Shown in pieces: positions 34,079-42,278 of a stretch of DNA of 60,537 nt. Numbering within the stretch: the first letter of the stretch is position 1; every line of letters begins with the position of its first letter. A program made the translations under genes and the position numbers. This DNA is from Eubacteriales bacterium (GTDB taxonomy: Bacteria; Bacillota; Clostridia; Oscillospirales; CAG-272), in the NCBI GenBank assembly GCA_045124835.1, contig JBGVMO010000124.1, positions 1-60,537 on the forward strand, given 5' to 3'. The notes beneath the pieces are model-generated. The model searched no databases and was not told the origin of the DNA. It worked only from the letters and a program-made list of their open reading frames with translations.

Positions 34079-36994
34079 TCAGAGCTTACCTGCGGGGGTG
34101 TAGGAGTAGGCGAGGCTGTAAATGCCAAAGGGAGAGCGAAAGACCTCCGAAAAGAAGGCCAGCTGCTTCTCGCTAAAGCCACGCTCCTTTTCCCGAATGG
34201 GAAGGGTAACGGCGGTGTCCTCGGAGAAGGAAAAGGCAGAAAAGTCGGCGCCCTCAAAATCTGCCGTATCCGTTTGGCAGATATCAACGGTGTGCCAGGC
34301 GCGTTTGTCCGTTCGCGCCTCAACGCGAAGATGGACCGGGCCAAGCAGCTTTAAGCGCAAGGCAAGCGTGCCTGAAAGGGTATTCTTGCGTAGCTGTGGA
34401 AGCCCACCGTCATCCTTGGCCGTGGCACAGCCAACGGGATAGCGGTGACCGTTGAAGGAATAGTAAAAAGCAGGGATGCGCCCGGGCTTTCCCTCCTCCA
34501 AAAGTGCGGCGAGAGAAATCTCCTCGCCGTTTTGGTAGACAGGGAAGCTTCCCACCTCCCGAAAGCTCTCCTCTTCCTTGGCGTATAGGGGGATATGCGA
34601 AATGGCGTCCTCACTTTGTATGTCGCCGCCCTTAAGAGAGAGGGGCGTGTATCTGCCGTTTTGTAAGCAATACAGCGAAGAGGGCAGGGTACGGTAAAGA
34701 GAAAGTCCGCGCTTGTCGGTGTTGAAGCAACCGAGCTTGCCGTTTTCCGTTGCGAAGTAAAGGGCCTTTTTGCCTGCGACAAGCAGGCTGGCAGGCGAAA
34801 GAACGCCCCCCTTTCGTTCTCCGTCCGTATCAACGGCGTAGCGGAGGTCTCCGTTCTTTACGTAGTAAAGCATCTCGCCCTCTTCGCTCAAGGTCGAATA
34901 AACGGTTCCCTCTGCTTCCTCGCCGCCTCTCTCGGAAAGCTGAATATGGGCGCCGTCAGCCCCCTTTGGCAAGGCCTCTGCATAGCGGTAAAGAGGGGTA
35001 TCGTTTTCAAAATCACCTATCCCTGTGATAAAATACCATTCGTATTGAAGCTCGCCCGTTGGATAGCGGTAGGTTTCCCGACTGTCTGCCAGGTACAGAT
35101 TTCCGTCTGTCAGCAGGCATAAATACCCTTCAAAAACGGCCATTTTAGCACAGGAGAGCTTTTGGCGGCAAAGGCGAAGATTGACAGAACGGGAGCGATT
35201 GACAAGGGAGCGCTCCAAATTGACCGCTTGACGCGAAACGGATAAAAGCCCGCCCTCTGTCAGAAAAACGGGGTCATCGCGAAAGTTGATGGCGCCCCCG
35301 ACAGCGCCAATGCCCGCAGCGCCCGACTTTGCAGGATAAATGCGCGGCACAAAGGCGTGCGTCGTGCTTTCGCCGGAATGGTAATAGATACCGCTTTCCG
35401 AGGTGCCGTCCTCCTTGATAACCATCAAAACGTCTCCCGTACCCAAAAGGGCGCGGTTGGGAACGGAGGAAAGACCGTCGTTGAAGTAATTGAGGTTGCC
35501 GATATAGAGGGGGTTGTTGTAGCCCGTCTCGTCGGGGGCGGAGAAGAAAACGGTGTTGGGAAGAAGCGGATTTCCCGTAAAGAAAATGCGCCCATCGTAT
35601 TCTCCCGTGGCGCGACAGCCAAGCACGGCCTCTCTGCCTGTCAAGGAAAGGCCGCCCTCGCCAAAGGCCTTGAAGCCCTTAGGGGTGGCGAAAAGGGAGG
35701 GAGAGGCCAAAAGCTGCAAAGTCAGGCTTCGCCCCAAAAGCACGGCAGGGTCTGAAGTCAAAAGACAAACGGAAGAAACAAGGCCGTCCTTTACAAGCGG
35801 CACGTAGCGCACGAAGGCGCCGTCAAGCAAGGAGCCGCCCTCGCTGATCCTCTCGCTTCCCAAAAAGGCTTTTTCAACGGAAAGGGCAGGGGAATATACG
35901 GGGCAAACAAAAAGCTTCAAGGCGCGCTGCGTGGCTGTTGCCTCAAAATACACCGTCACCGTCTCGGGAAAGGGCGGGTCATCCTCGAAGGAGATGCCGC
36001 GAAAGGCGGCCTCGGTGTAAGGAAAATAAACGCTCGTTAAGCGCTCGTCTCCCATAAAGGCGTCCGCGCCCACGGAGGAAAGGCTCTCGCTCAGCGTGAC
36101 GGTGGTTAGAAAGGGGCAAAAAGCAAAGGCGTGATTCCAGATATAACGTACCGAGCTTGGCAGGGTGATTTCGGAAAGAGAAAGACAGCCTGCAAAGGCA
36201 TAAGCGCCAATTTCGGTGACGGTGTCGGGAATGGAGACGGAAACGAGGTTAGTAAGCCCCGAAAAGCCGTTTGCCGCAATGCCCGTTACGATATAGGTAA
36301 CGCCCTCGATGTCCGCAAAGCGCGGAATGATAACGCTGCTTGGCGAGGCTATCGGGCCGCCCGCTTTGACCGCACAGCAGCCCGATGCGTTGGGCAAGGG
36401 AAGAAAAACGAGGTTGTCATACGGCGTGCTTTCTCCCTCCTCCAGCGCCTCGGCGGAAAGCACCTCGCGCACCTCATCGGTTAAAAGGTTGCGCTGCTCG
36501 TGGTGGCTCCCGTTATAAAAAACGGTTGGCACGTAGGGCAAATCCGTTTCGTCGGGTAAGGCACGGCAAGCGCCCACTTCATCAATGCGAAACAGCTTGC
36601 CGTCAACCAGAAGATAAAAATATTCGCCCGACTGAAAGCCGCAGCCCTCCTTATTTGGAAGCGCGGAGAAGATGGGGGCCTGCGCGCTGAGCGCCGCAGG
36701 CTGATGACAAAGCGCGGTGCTAAAGCGAAAAAGCTTTTCGTCTGCGTGTAGCAATAAGTATTCCTCACCCTTGATTCTTTGTATGAAAAGACCGTATATG
36801 CGCTTGCCGAAGGAGGCAAGAATGCGGTAGCCGGGAAAGGCCTCAACGGCCGGGCCATCGTCGCTTTGCCAATCCTTCCACATATTTTTCATATTGGCGA
36901 AGCGTTCAAAGGATAGGGCGGTATCGTCCACGGAAAAATCAACGCCGCGAAAGCGCGGAATGCTTCGGGTATAAACGCGAGAGGTGTTCTTCAT
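34079..36994 (-). CDS. 971-aa virion protein (nozzle/tail-hub-sized) with embedded BspA-type leucine-rich repeats
   Basis: Start trimmed to ATG 36994, which overlaps the upstream stop as ATGA. The LRR_5-like repeats are IPDTVTEIGAYAFAGCLSLSEITLPSSVRYIWNHAFAFCPFLTTVTLSESLSSVGADAFMG (about 35990-36334). The remainder is beta-rich and aromatic-rich, unlike a tape measure. Confidence 0.55.
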   Translation of the reverse strand: MKNTSRVYTRSIPRFRGVDFSVDDTALSFERFANMKNMWKDWQSDDGPAVEAFPGYRILASFGKRIYGLFIQRIKGEEYLLLHADEKLFRFSTALCHQPAALSAQAPIFSALPNKEGCGFQSGEYFYLLVDGKLFRIDEVGACRALPDETDLPYVPTVFYNGSHHEQRNLLTDEVREVLSAEALEEGESTPYDNLVFLPLPNASGCCAVKAGGPIASPSSVIIPRFADIEGVTYIVTGIAANGFSGLTNLVSVSIPDTVTEIGAYAFAGCLSLSEITLPSSVRYIWNHAFAFCPFLTTVTLSESLSSVGADAFMGDERLTSVYFPYTEAAFRGISFEDDPPFPETVTVYFEATATQRALKLFVCPVYSPALSVEKAFLGSERISEGGSLLDGAFVRYVPLVKDGLVSSVCLLTSDPAVLLGRSLTLQLLASPSLFATPKGFKAFGEGGLSLTGREAVLGCRATGEYDGRIFFTGNPLLPNTVFFSAPDETGYNNPLYIGNLNYFNDGLSSVPNRALLGTGDVLMVIKEDGTSESGIYYHSGESTTHAFVPRIYPAKSGAAGIGAVGGAINFRDDPVFLTEGGLLSVSRQAVNLERSLVNRSRSVNLRLCRQKLSCAKMAVFEGYLCLLTDGNLYLADSRETYRYPTGELQYEWYFITGIGDFENDTPLYRYAEALPKGADGAHIQLSERGGEEAEGTVYSTLSEEGEMLYYVKNGDLRYAVDTDGERKGGVLSPASLLVAGKKALYFATENGKLGCFNTDKRGLSLYRTLPSSLYCLQNGRYTPLSLKGGDIQSEDAISHIPLYAKEEESFREVGSFPVYQNGEEISLAALLEEGKPGRIPAFYYSFNGHRYPVGCATAKDDGGLPQLRKNTLSGTLALRLKLLGPVHLRVEARTDKRAWHTVDICQTDTADFEGADFSAFSFSEDTAVTLPIREKERGFSEKQLAFFSEVFRSPFGIYSLAYSYTPAGKL

Positions 36995-37563
36995 GGAGCG
37001 TCCCATCCGTTTCTGCATTGATAGCCACCGGGCGCGTGCGCAAGATGCGCGCGTTTCATATCGGCAAGCTCCGAGCGGAAAAGCCCGAGGTAGTGCGAGG
37101 CAAGCTCGGCCCTGTCGTCTGCCCAAAGATATGAGGCAACGAGAAGGGGGAGCAGGGAGAGGGCCTCGGGCGCAATATCCAGCTCCTTTTCCATGTTGTC
37201 GGCGTGAAGCCGCTCGGGAAGGCGCAAATAGCGAATCTCCAAGCTGCCCTCGTGACCCTTGGCAAGACGAACGCGACTTTCCTCTAAAAGAAAGTCGCGC
37301 CCCTCCTGCAGAAGAAGAGAGCCAAGACGCAGGGGCTGTTCGGGAAAAGAACGGAAGTCATCGCAAAGGACGCCAAGGTCATACTCGGTGTAGTAGGAAT
37401 CGCCGTCCTTGTGGTTTAGGGTAATGGTTTTGGTCAAGGGAAAATGACGGGAGATTTGTAAAAGAGAAAGGCTGGTAATCTGGTAAAAATACGGCTCGTT
37501 CTCGTCAAGGCTCTTGGAAAAGCCCATGCGGGCAACCAAGGCCATCAGTTCTTTTCCTGTCAT
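36991..37563 (-). CDS. head-tail adaptor-sized protein (function inferred from position only)
   Basis: 190 aa with an AAAGGAGA RBS. It lies immediately after the capsid gene and is translationally coupled to the 971-aa ORF. Confidence 0.35.
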   Translation of the reverse strand: MTGKELMALVARMGFSKSLDENEPYFYQITSLSLLQISRHFPLTKTITLNHKDGDSYYTEYDLGVLCDDFRSFPEQPLRLGSLLLQEGRDFLLEESRVRLAKGHEGSLEIRYLRLPERLHADNMEKELDIAPEALSLLPLLVASYLWADDRAELASHYLGLFRSELADMKRAHLAHAPGGYQCRNGWDAP

Positions 37564-37581
37564 AGCGTCTCCTTTTTGCCT

Positions 37582-38643
37582 TTACAGCTTGGTGCTGTTC
37601 TCCACCTCGGCGGCGGAATCAACAGCCAGAAGAATGTGCTTGTAGGAGCCAAAGCCCACGCCGAAGCGGCATCTGCCGTTCCAGATGTAGTTGCCCGTGT
37701 GGTTATCCACCCAGTTGGAGACGGTCAAGGGCACGCGGTTGAAGAACATATTGCCGCAAAGGTTCTTGTTGGCCTCGGAGGACATAATCATCACGCGGTC
37801 ATCCTCCGTCTGCCAATCGGGCATAACGACGACGTTCCAGTTGCCAAACTGCAGATTGATATCATTGTAGCCGTTGCCAAGCGCGCCCTCGGAGCCGCAA
37901 ACCTTCTTGGCAATTGCTTCCGCGGCGGGACGGTTGCCGGGGAGAATGATGGTGTCGGCGGTGTAGCCGAGAATTTCGCCGTTCTCGTCCTTCATATTGC
38001 GCAGCTTGGAGGAAAGCTCGCCGAGCGCCGCCTCAAAGGCGGCGGTGGAATAAACGCGCTCGCCCTCGGCACCGCTCTTAAAGAGGTCGCCGAAGAAGAA
38101 GTTGCTCTGGGTGCCCTCCTTGTCGCCTGCGCCCCATTTGTGCGCGGTGTGGAAAAGGGGAAGACCGTCGGGCGCGGTTAAGTCAAGGTTGGCTCTGGCA
38201 AAAACGCCTGACTCCTTGGTGCCGTTTGCCAAGGCGTACTCGCAAATTTTGTGCATCGTCTTGTAATAGGCACGGGTGAAGTTCTCCGCGCGGCGCTTGG
38301 CGTCGGCGGCAACGCCGTAGTTGGCGTCCTCCATCATCTGCGCGGTGATGGTAAACTCCTTCATAAACTGGATGTGCTCGATGAACTTGCGGTAGGTTTC
38401 GCGAATTTCATCGTTCTCGGCGCCTGCACCCTCCTCGGTTGCGGCAAAAACGCCAAATTCGTTCTGGCCAACCACCGTCTCGCCAAAGCGCGTGGAGCGT
38501 TCGACGTTAAAGAGCCAGTCGCAAATGCCGCCTCTTTTGGTCTGCAAATCGCTCTCGTGCTCAATAATCATCTTCAGGGGTGTTTCCAGCTTGCCGATTG
38601 CGGCGTTGTTCAAGCCGCTGTTTTCAGAATAAATAATGGACAT
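37582..38643 (-). CDS. major capsid protein (HK97-fold, Mu GpT-like by memory)
   Basis: 353 aa with a GAAAGGAAA RBS. It follows a scaffold-like ORF. The C-terminus NYIWNGRCRFGVGFGSYKH resembles GpT-type head proteins. Confidence 0.65.
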   Translation of the reverse strand: MSIIYSENSGLNNAAIGKLETPLKMIIEHESDLQTKRGGICDWLFNVERSTRFGETVVGQNEFGVFAATEEGAGAENDEIRETYRKFIEHIQFMKEFTITAQMMEDANYGVAADAKRRAENFTRAYYKTMHKICEYALANGTKESGVFARANLDLTAPDGLPLFHTAHKWGAGDKEGTQSNFFFGDLFKSGAEGERVYSTAAFEAALGELSSKLRNMKDENGEILGYTADTIILPGNRPAAEAIAKKVCGSEGALGNGYNDINLQFGNWNVVVMPDWQTEDDRVMIMSSEANKNLCGNMFFNRVPLTVSNWVDNHTGNYIWNGRCRFGVGFGSYKHILLAVDSAAEVENSTKL

Positions 38644-38667
38644 AACAGATTTCCTTTCAGTTGGTTT

Positions 38668-39081
38668 TTATATACGGGAGAAGCGGACGAGAACGGCGTC
38701 ACCGGGAAGGGCCGCGCCGCGCTTGTCCATCAGAATGGCGCCGCGAAGAGCGCCCTCTCTTTTTTGAGAGGAGAGCCTTTGACCGTCGGCAGAGAAGAGG
38801 TATTCCTCGCCGTCGATAAGGGCGGCCGCCTCGCTTGCAAGCGGTACGGAAAAAATCATATCCTCCGTAATGCGATAAACGAGAGGGGCGGTTGTCTCTT
38901 GTTCGTCTCTTTGTGCAACGTAGGTGGGCAGAAGAGACAGGGTATCGGAGGCGGGAATAAGCCTTCCGTCCTTAAGGGCGTAAGCAACACCCTTCTTTAC
39001 CGCCGCTTTTTCCGTGAGTGCAAGATGCTCAGGCTCAGGCACGTTGGGGCCGCGGCCAATGATTTTTATCAGCGTCAGCAT
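38668..39081 (-). CDS. hypothetical head-module protein (137 aa)
   Basis: Track ORF with an AAAGGA RBS, between the scaffold-like and capsid genes. It may be a decoration or accessory protein. Confidence 0.5.
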   Translation of the reverse strand: MLTLIKIIGRGPNVPEPEHLALTEKAAVKKGVAYALKDGRLIPASDTLSLLPTYVAQRDEQETTAPLVYRITEDMIFSVPLASEAAALIDGEEYLFSADGQRLSSQKREGALRGAILMDKRGAALPGDAVLVRFSRI

Positions 39082-39097
39082 AAAAAATCCTTTCGTT

Positions 39098-39625
39098 TTA
39101 ATAAGAATAGGTGGATTTGACGCGGCGGTAGAGCTTTTGTATCTCAGCGTCCGTTAAATCCGAAAAAAGCGCTTTGGCGTGGCGCATTTCCTCGCCGGAC
39201 AGCGTGCCGAGAGGCGAGCTTGCCCCCTTGCTTGCGCTGGGAAGCAGGTGCGCCTTGCCGTTTTCTTTGGGAAAACGGGGGTTAGAGGCGGCCAAGGCCT
39301 CTCTGACAGAAAGACCCATATCGCGTAAGGCGGCAAAGCGGCGCGCAAAGGGAAGCTGGCTTAAGTGGGAAAGGGCGAGATAGGTGGGGTCAAGCCGCTT
39401 GATTTCTGCCAAGTCCTCCTCGGCCAAGCGCGCGTAATCCTCCTCTGTCGGTTGCGCGGAAATCGCCTCCTCTTCTTCGGTCGAGGGGGCTTCTTCTTCG
39501 CGCAAGAGGCTTTCCTCTTCGCTCAAGAGGCTTTCCTCTTCGCTCGTTTCGAGAGCAGCTTCGTCCGTTTGGACTTCTTCAAGGGAAGAGGCCTTCGCCT
39601 CTTTTGAAACGTTCAAGTCTTCCAT
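39098..39625 (-). CDS. acidic scaffold-like protein
   Basis: 175 aa. The N-terminal half is very Glu/Ser-rich (EEESLLSEEESLLREEEAPSTEEEE). It precedes the capsid gene and has an AAAGGAAAA RBS. Confidence 0.5.
   Translation of the reverse strand: MEDLNVSKEAKASSLEEVQTDEAALETSEEESLLSEEESLLREEEAPSTEEEEAISAQPTEEDYARLAEEDLAEIKRLDPTYLALSHLSQLPFARRFAALRDMGLSVREALAASNPRFPKENGKAHLLPSASKGASSPLGTLSGEEMRHAKALFSDLTDAEIQKLYRRVKSTYSY
39503..39544. repeat. perfect 21-bp tandem duplication (2 copies) inside the scaffold-like gene
   Basis: caagaggctttcctcttcgct occurs twice in a row. It is in-frame and encodes the repeated EEESLL heptapeptide. Confidence 0.9.
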
Positions 39626-39646
39626 ATCGTTTTCCTTTCTTTGCTT

Positions 39647-39787
39647 TTATCTCTGCTTTTTCTTGGCGCGCAAATCGTCGCCCTTCGTCACGGTGGACTT
39701 GGGCTCGTTTTCATTTTTGTGCGGTGCGGCGATGGGCTGCAGGCTGCCTGTTGCGTAAGGGTTAACCCTCGTGGTTTGCTTTTTCAT
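39647..39787 (-). CDS. 46-aa basic protein (below the ORF-track cut-off)
   Basis: My own translation is MKKQTTRVNPYATGSLQPIAAPHKNENEPKSTVTKGDDLRAKKKQR. It has an AAAGGAA RBS and exactly fills the gap between neighbouring ORFs. Confidence 0.35.
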   Translation of the reverse strand: MKKQTTRVNPYATGSLQPIAAPHKNENEPKSTVTKGDDLRAKKKQR

Positions 39788-39805
39788 ATTGAAATTCCTT
39801 TCGTT

Positions 39806-40492
39806 TTAAAAATAGTCCTCGGGATTGTAGTTTGCGTTCAAAGCGCTGTGGGCGGTTTTGGCAATCTCCTCGGCAACTGCGGGAGAAAGACCGTAGGAAA
39901 TGGCATAGTCATACGTAGCCTTGTAGGGCATATAGTGATTCAAAGCATAGCTCAGAACCGCTTTTTTGACGGAGGAGGCGTTCTTTACCATTGAAACGCT
40001 CTTTTTGGCCATACGTGCCGCCGTTTCCGCGTCAAGCCCGTTTTCCGTCAGGAAGGCAGCGGCACTTTCCTCATCCTCCACGTTTTGCGAGAGGAGGGAA
40101 AGGAAAAGGCTTTTGCGCCTTTCGGCCTCCTTTTCGGCCGTCTTGACAGCCTCATCCCTTTCTTTGTCAAGATAAGCGGCGTAAGCCGTTTGATTGGCAG
40201 CGTTTGCTTTGGTATACGCGCTCTTTGCGTCACGAACGGCTCTTTGCTTTTCGGTATAGGCAAGACCGCTTAAATAGTCGCTGTATCCGCTTCCCGTCAA
40301 GCCGCGCGCCAAAAGAGCGGCGCCTCGCGTGCCGTATGTTGCCTTGGCCTCGGCCGCGGCCGTGTCGGCCGCTCTGACTGCGTTTTTATACGCGCCCTCG
40401 GCGCTTTGGCCGTATTTGACAAGCCAGCTTTCGTAGTCCTCAATTTTTTTGTTTTGCAGGTGTTGTTTGATGAAATCCTCAAGCGTTGCCAT
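39806..40492 (-). CDS. hypothetical head-module protein (228 aa, Ala-rich helical)
   Basis: ATG 40492 lies 7 nt after AAGGAA and overlaps the portal end by 14 nt. Its position immediately after the portal suggests a minor head or internal protein. Confidence 0.5.
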   Translation of the reverse strand: MATLEDFIKQHLQNKKIEDYESWLVKYGQSAEGAYKNAVRAADTAAAEAKATYGTRGAALLARGLTGSGYSDYLSGLAYTEKQRAVRDAKSAYTKANAANQTAYAAYLDKERDEAVKTAEKEAERRKSLFLSLLSQNVEDEESAAAFLTENGLDAETAARMAKKSVSMVKNASSVKKAVLSYALNHYMPYKATYDYAISYGLSPAVAEEIAKTAHSALNANYNPEDYF

Positions 40493-42278
40493 GTGCGTTT
40501 CCTTGTTCACTCCTTTCAGTAGAGGGAAGAGGCGGGCTCTCTTCCTCCTTTTCCGTTAAGGCGCGGAAATACTCCACGTTTTCTCTGGCATAGGGGTAAT
40601 GCGCGCGCTCCTGACATTGCCAGTAGTGTAAGAGCGTTGCGTTGCTTTTCGGGTCGCCCAGCGTGCCGGCTTGCAGGTTCTCCAGGTTTTTCTGCCAGAG
40701 TGCGTCTCTTTGCTGCTCTAAGGCGCCGTTTTGATCCACCGAGAAGAGAAAGCCGTCGTCATAGCTGTATTGGCCGCTTTTCTCGTCATACAAAAGAAAG
40801 TCGTAACGGTTGAAGGCGGTGTGGTGCCGCTTTCCGAAGGCGTCGCGGTAGGAAAGGGGGCGCGGCTCGTCGGCATAAGCCAAGAAAAACTCAAAGAGAA
40901 GTCTGTCAATATCGGCATAGGCCGCCTGCTTCATCTTGCGCTTGGAATCAAGGCGGCCTGCCGCCTGCTCAACCTGAATGCGCTTGGCATAGCCTGACTG
41001 CGCGCTTGCATCGCTCATGCCGAGATAAGAGTCGGTAATGCCGAGAATGCGCTTGGCGTGCTGATAAAGCCGCTCGGATTGCTCAACATCCTGGGCAATG
41101 ATGGGAGTCGTGTCCAAAACACCGTAGCGCTCGCGCTCGTCTCCCGAGCGAAGCTTGATAACCTGGCCGAAAATGGAGTTGTCAAGCGTCAGCTCTGCGT
41201 CATCGGGTAGAATGGGGGTGATGCCCGAGCGCATCAGCTTTTGCAGAATGCGGCTTTCAATCTTGTTGATTTGCTGCTGCTGGGGGCGGATAAAGGCACA
41301 GTCCGACTGTCCCAAAAGCGACCTTTCCTCCGAGGTGTTTTTGCGGATAACGATGGGAAAGCGCCGCGGTCTGTAATAGGGCAGTCGGGTTGGGCGCAGG
41401 CACTCTTGGCACTCTCCGTCTTCGATAACGGGAGAGAAGGCGGGAATGACCCTGCCGCTTTCAAGCAAAATATCCTCGGATAAAATTTCCTCCTCGTCGG
41501 AGGCAAGATAGAAGGCGGGGCTTTGACAGGTGCAAAGGGCTTCTTTTTTATGGCAATGTCGGCACTTTTTCGTTTTTCTTGCGTAGTAGTCCTCAAGATC
41601 GGAAAGCACGGTGTCACCGCAGTAAATGAACTGTGAAACAAAGCCCTCGTCATTTCGCCAGAAGCAGACTATCATTTCCAAAACGTCATCCTCGTCCTCA
41701 CCCTCGCCGAGCGCGGCGGCCGCCTCTTCGTTCAGATTGAAGCGGCGAACAATGGCGTTTTTGGTGGTGTCGAAGCGCAAAAAGCAGTATTCCATATCCG
41801 CAACGTCATAAACCTCGGCCTCGGGAATAAAGTCCATCGGGGAAAGGCAGGAAACGCGCACACCGCCCGACACACCGCGGTAAAGAAGGGAGTCGTCCCA
41901 TTCCACAAGCCAGACACTACCGCCGTAAATGTAGGTAAAGCGCTCGTCAAGGTCATTCAGTCTTTCAAAGGGAAGCTCGTTGCGCAGCTGGGAGCAAAGC
42001 CGCTCGATAGCCTTGGCGTTTCTGTCGTTTTGCTCGGTATAGTGCTTGGCCTCGGCCGCAGGGGCGGGAATTTGCGTGGAGATTTCGGACTCAATCAGCT
42101 CGTAGGTGATGTTTCTCACGACGGAGGCCGCCTCGGATGAGCCGTCTATTTCCTTTGCACCCTTGTATTGCGACAAATGTCGCTCCAAGCGCAAAAGAAG
42201 GGCTCCCTGCTTGTCGCGGTTTTTTTGATACAGACTCTTAAAAAAGGAAAGCCTGTTATCAATGTGGGAAAGATTCAT
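40479..42278 (-). CDS. portal protein (by position and size), with Cys-rich insertion
   Basis: Start trimmed to ATG 42278, which overlaps the TerL stop as ATGA. 599 aa. It lies directly downstream of TerL. The C-terminal LHYWQCQERAHYPYA-type ending is reminiscent of portals. Confidence 0.6.
   Translation of the reverse strand: MNLSHIDNRLSFFKSLYQKNRDKQGALLLRLERHLSQYKGAKEIDGSSEAASVVRNITYELIESEISTQIPAPAAEAKHYTEQNDRNAKAIERLCSQLRNELPFERLNDLDERFTYIYGGSVWLVEWDDSLLYRGVSGGVRVSCLSPMDFIPEAEVYDVADMEYCFLRFDTTKNAIVRRFNLNEEAAAALGEGEDEDDVLEMIVCFWRNDEGFVSQFIYCGDTVLSDLEDYYARKTKKCRHCHKKEALCTCQSPAFYLASDEEEILSEDILLESGRVIPAFSPVIEDGECQECLRPTRLPYYRPRRFPIVIRKNTSEERSLLGQSDCAFIRPQQQQINKIESRILQKLMRSGITPILPDDAELTLDNSIFGQVIKLRSGDERERYGVLDTTPIIAQDVEQSERLYQHAKRILGITDSYLGMSDASAQSGYAKRIQVEQAAGRLDSKRKMKQAAYADIDRLLFEFFLAYADEPRPLSYRDAFGKRHHTAFNRYDFLLYDEKSGQYSYDDGFLFSVDQNGALEQQRDALWQKNLENLQAGTLGDPKSNATLLHYWQCQERAHYPYARENVEYFRALTEKEEESPPLPSTERSEQGNAHGNA

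Noticed and set aside
34079-37126. Full 1015-aa track ORF, and the idea that it is a tape-measure protein
   Set aside because: The first 44 residues overlap the upstream gene, whereas ATG 36994 gives an ATGA junction. The protein is beta/aromatic-rich with LRRs, unlike the helical Ala/Gly-rich tape-measure type.
31913-39120. Plus-strand ORFs inside the phage-like cluster (31913-32596, 33056-33448, 37576-38181, 38251-39120 and others)
   Set aside because: All are antisense to the tightly packed minus-strand operon. They are Gly/Ala/Val-rich and none has an RBS.
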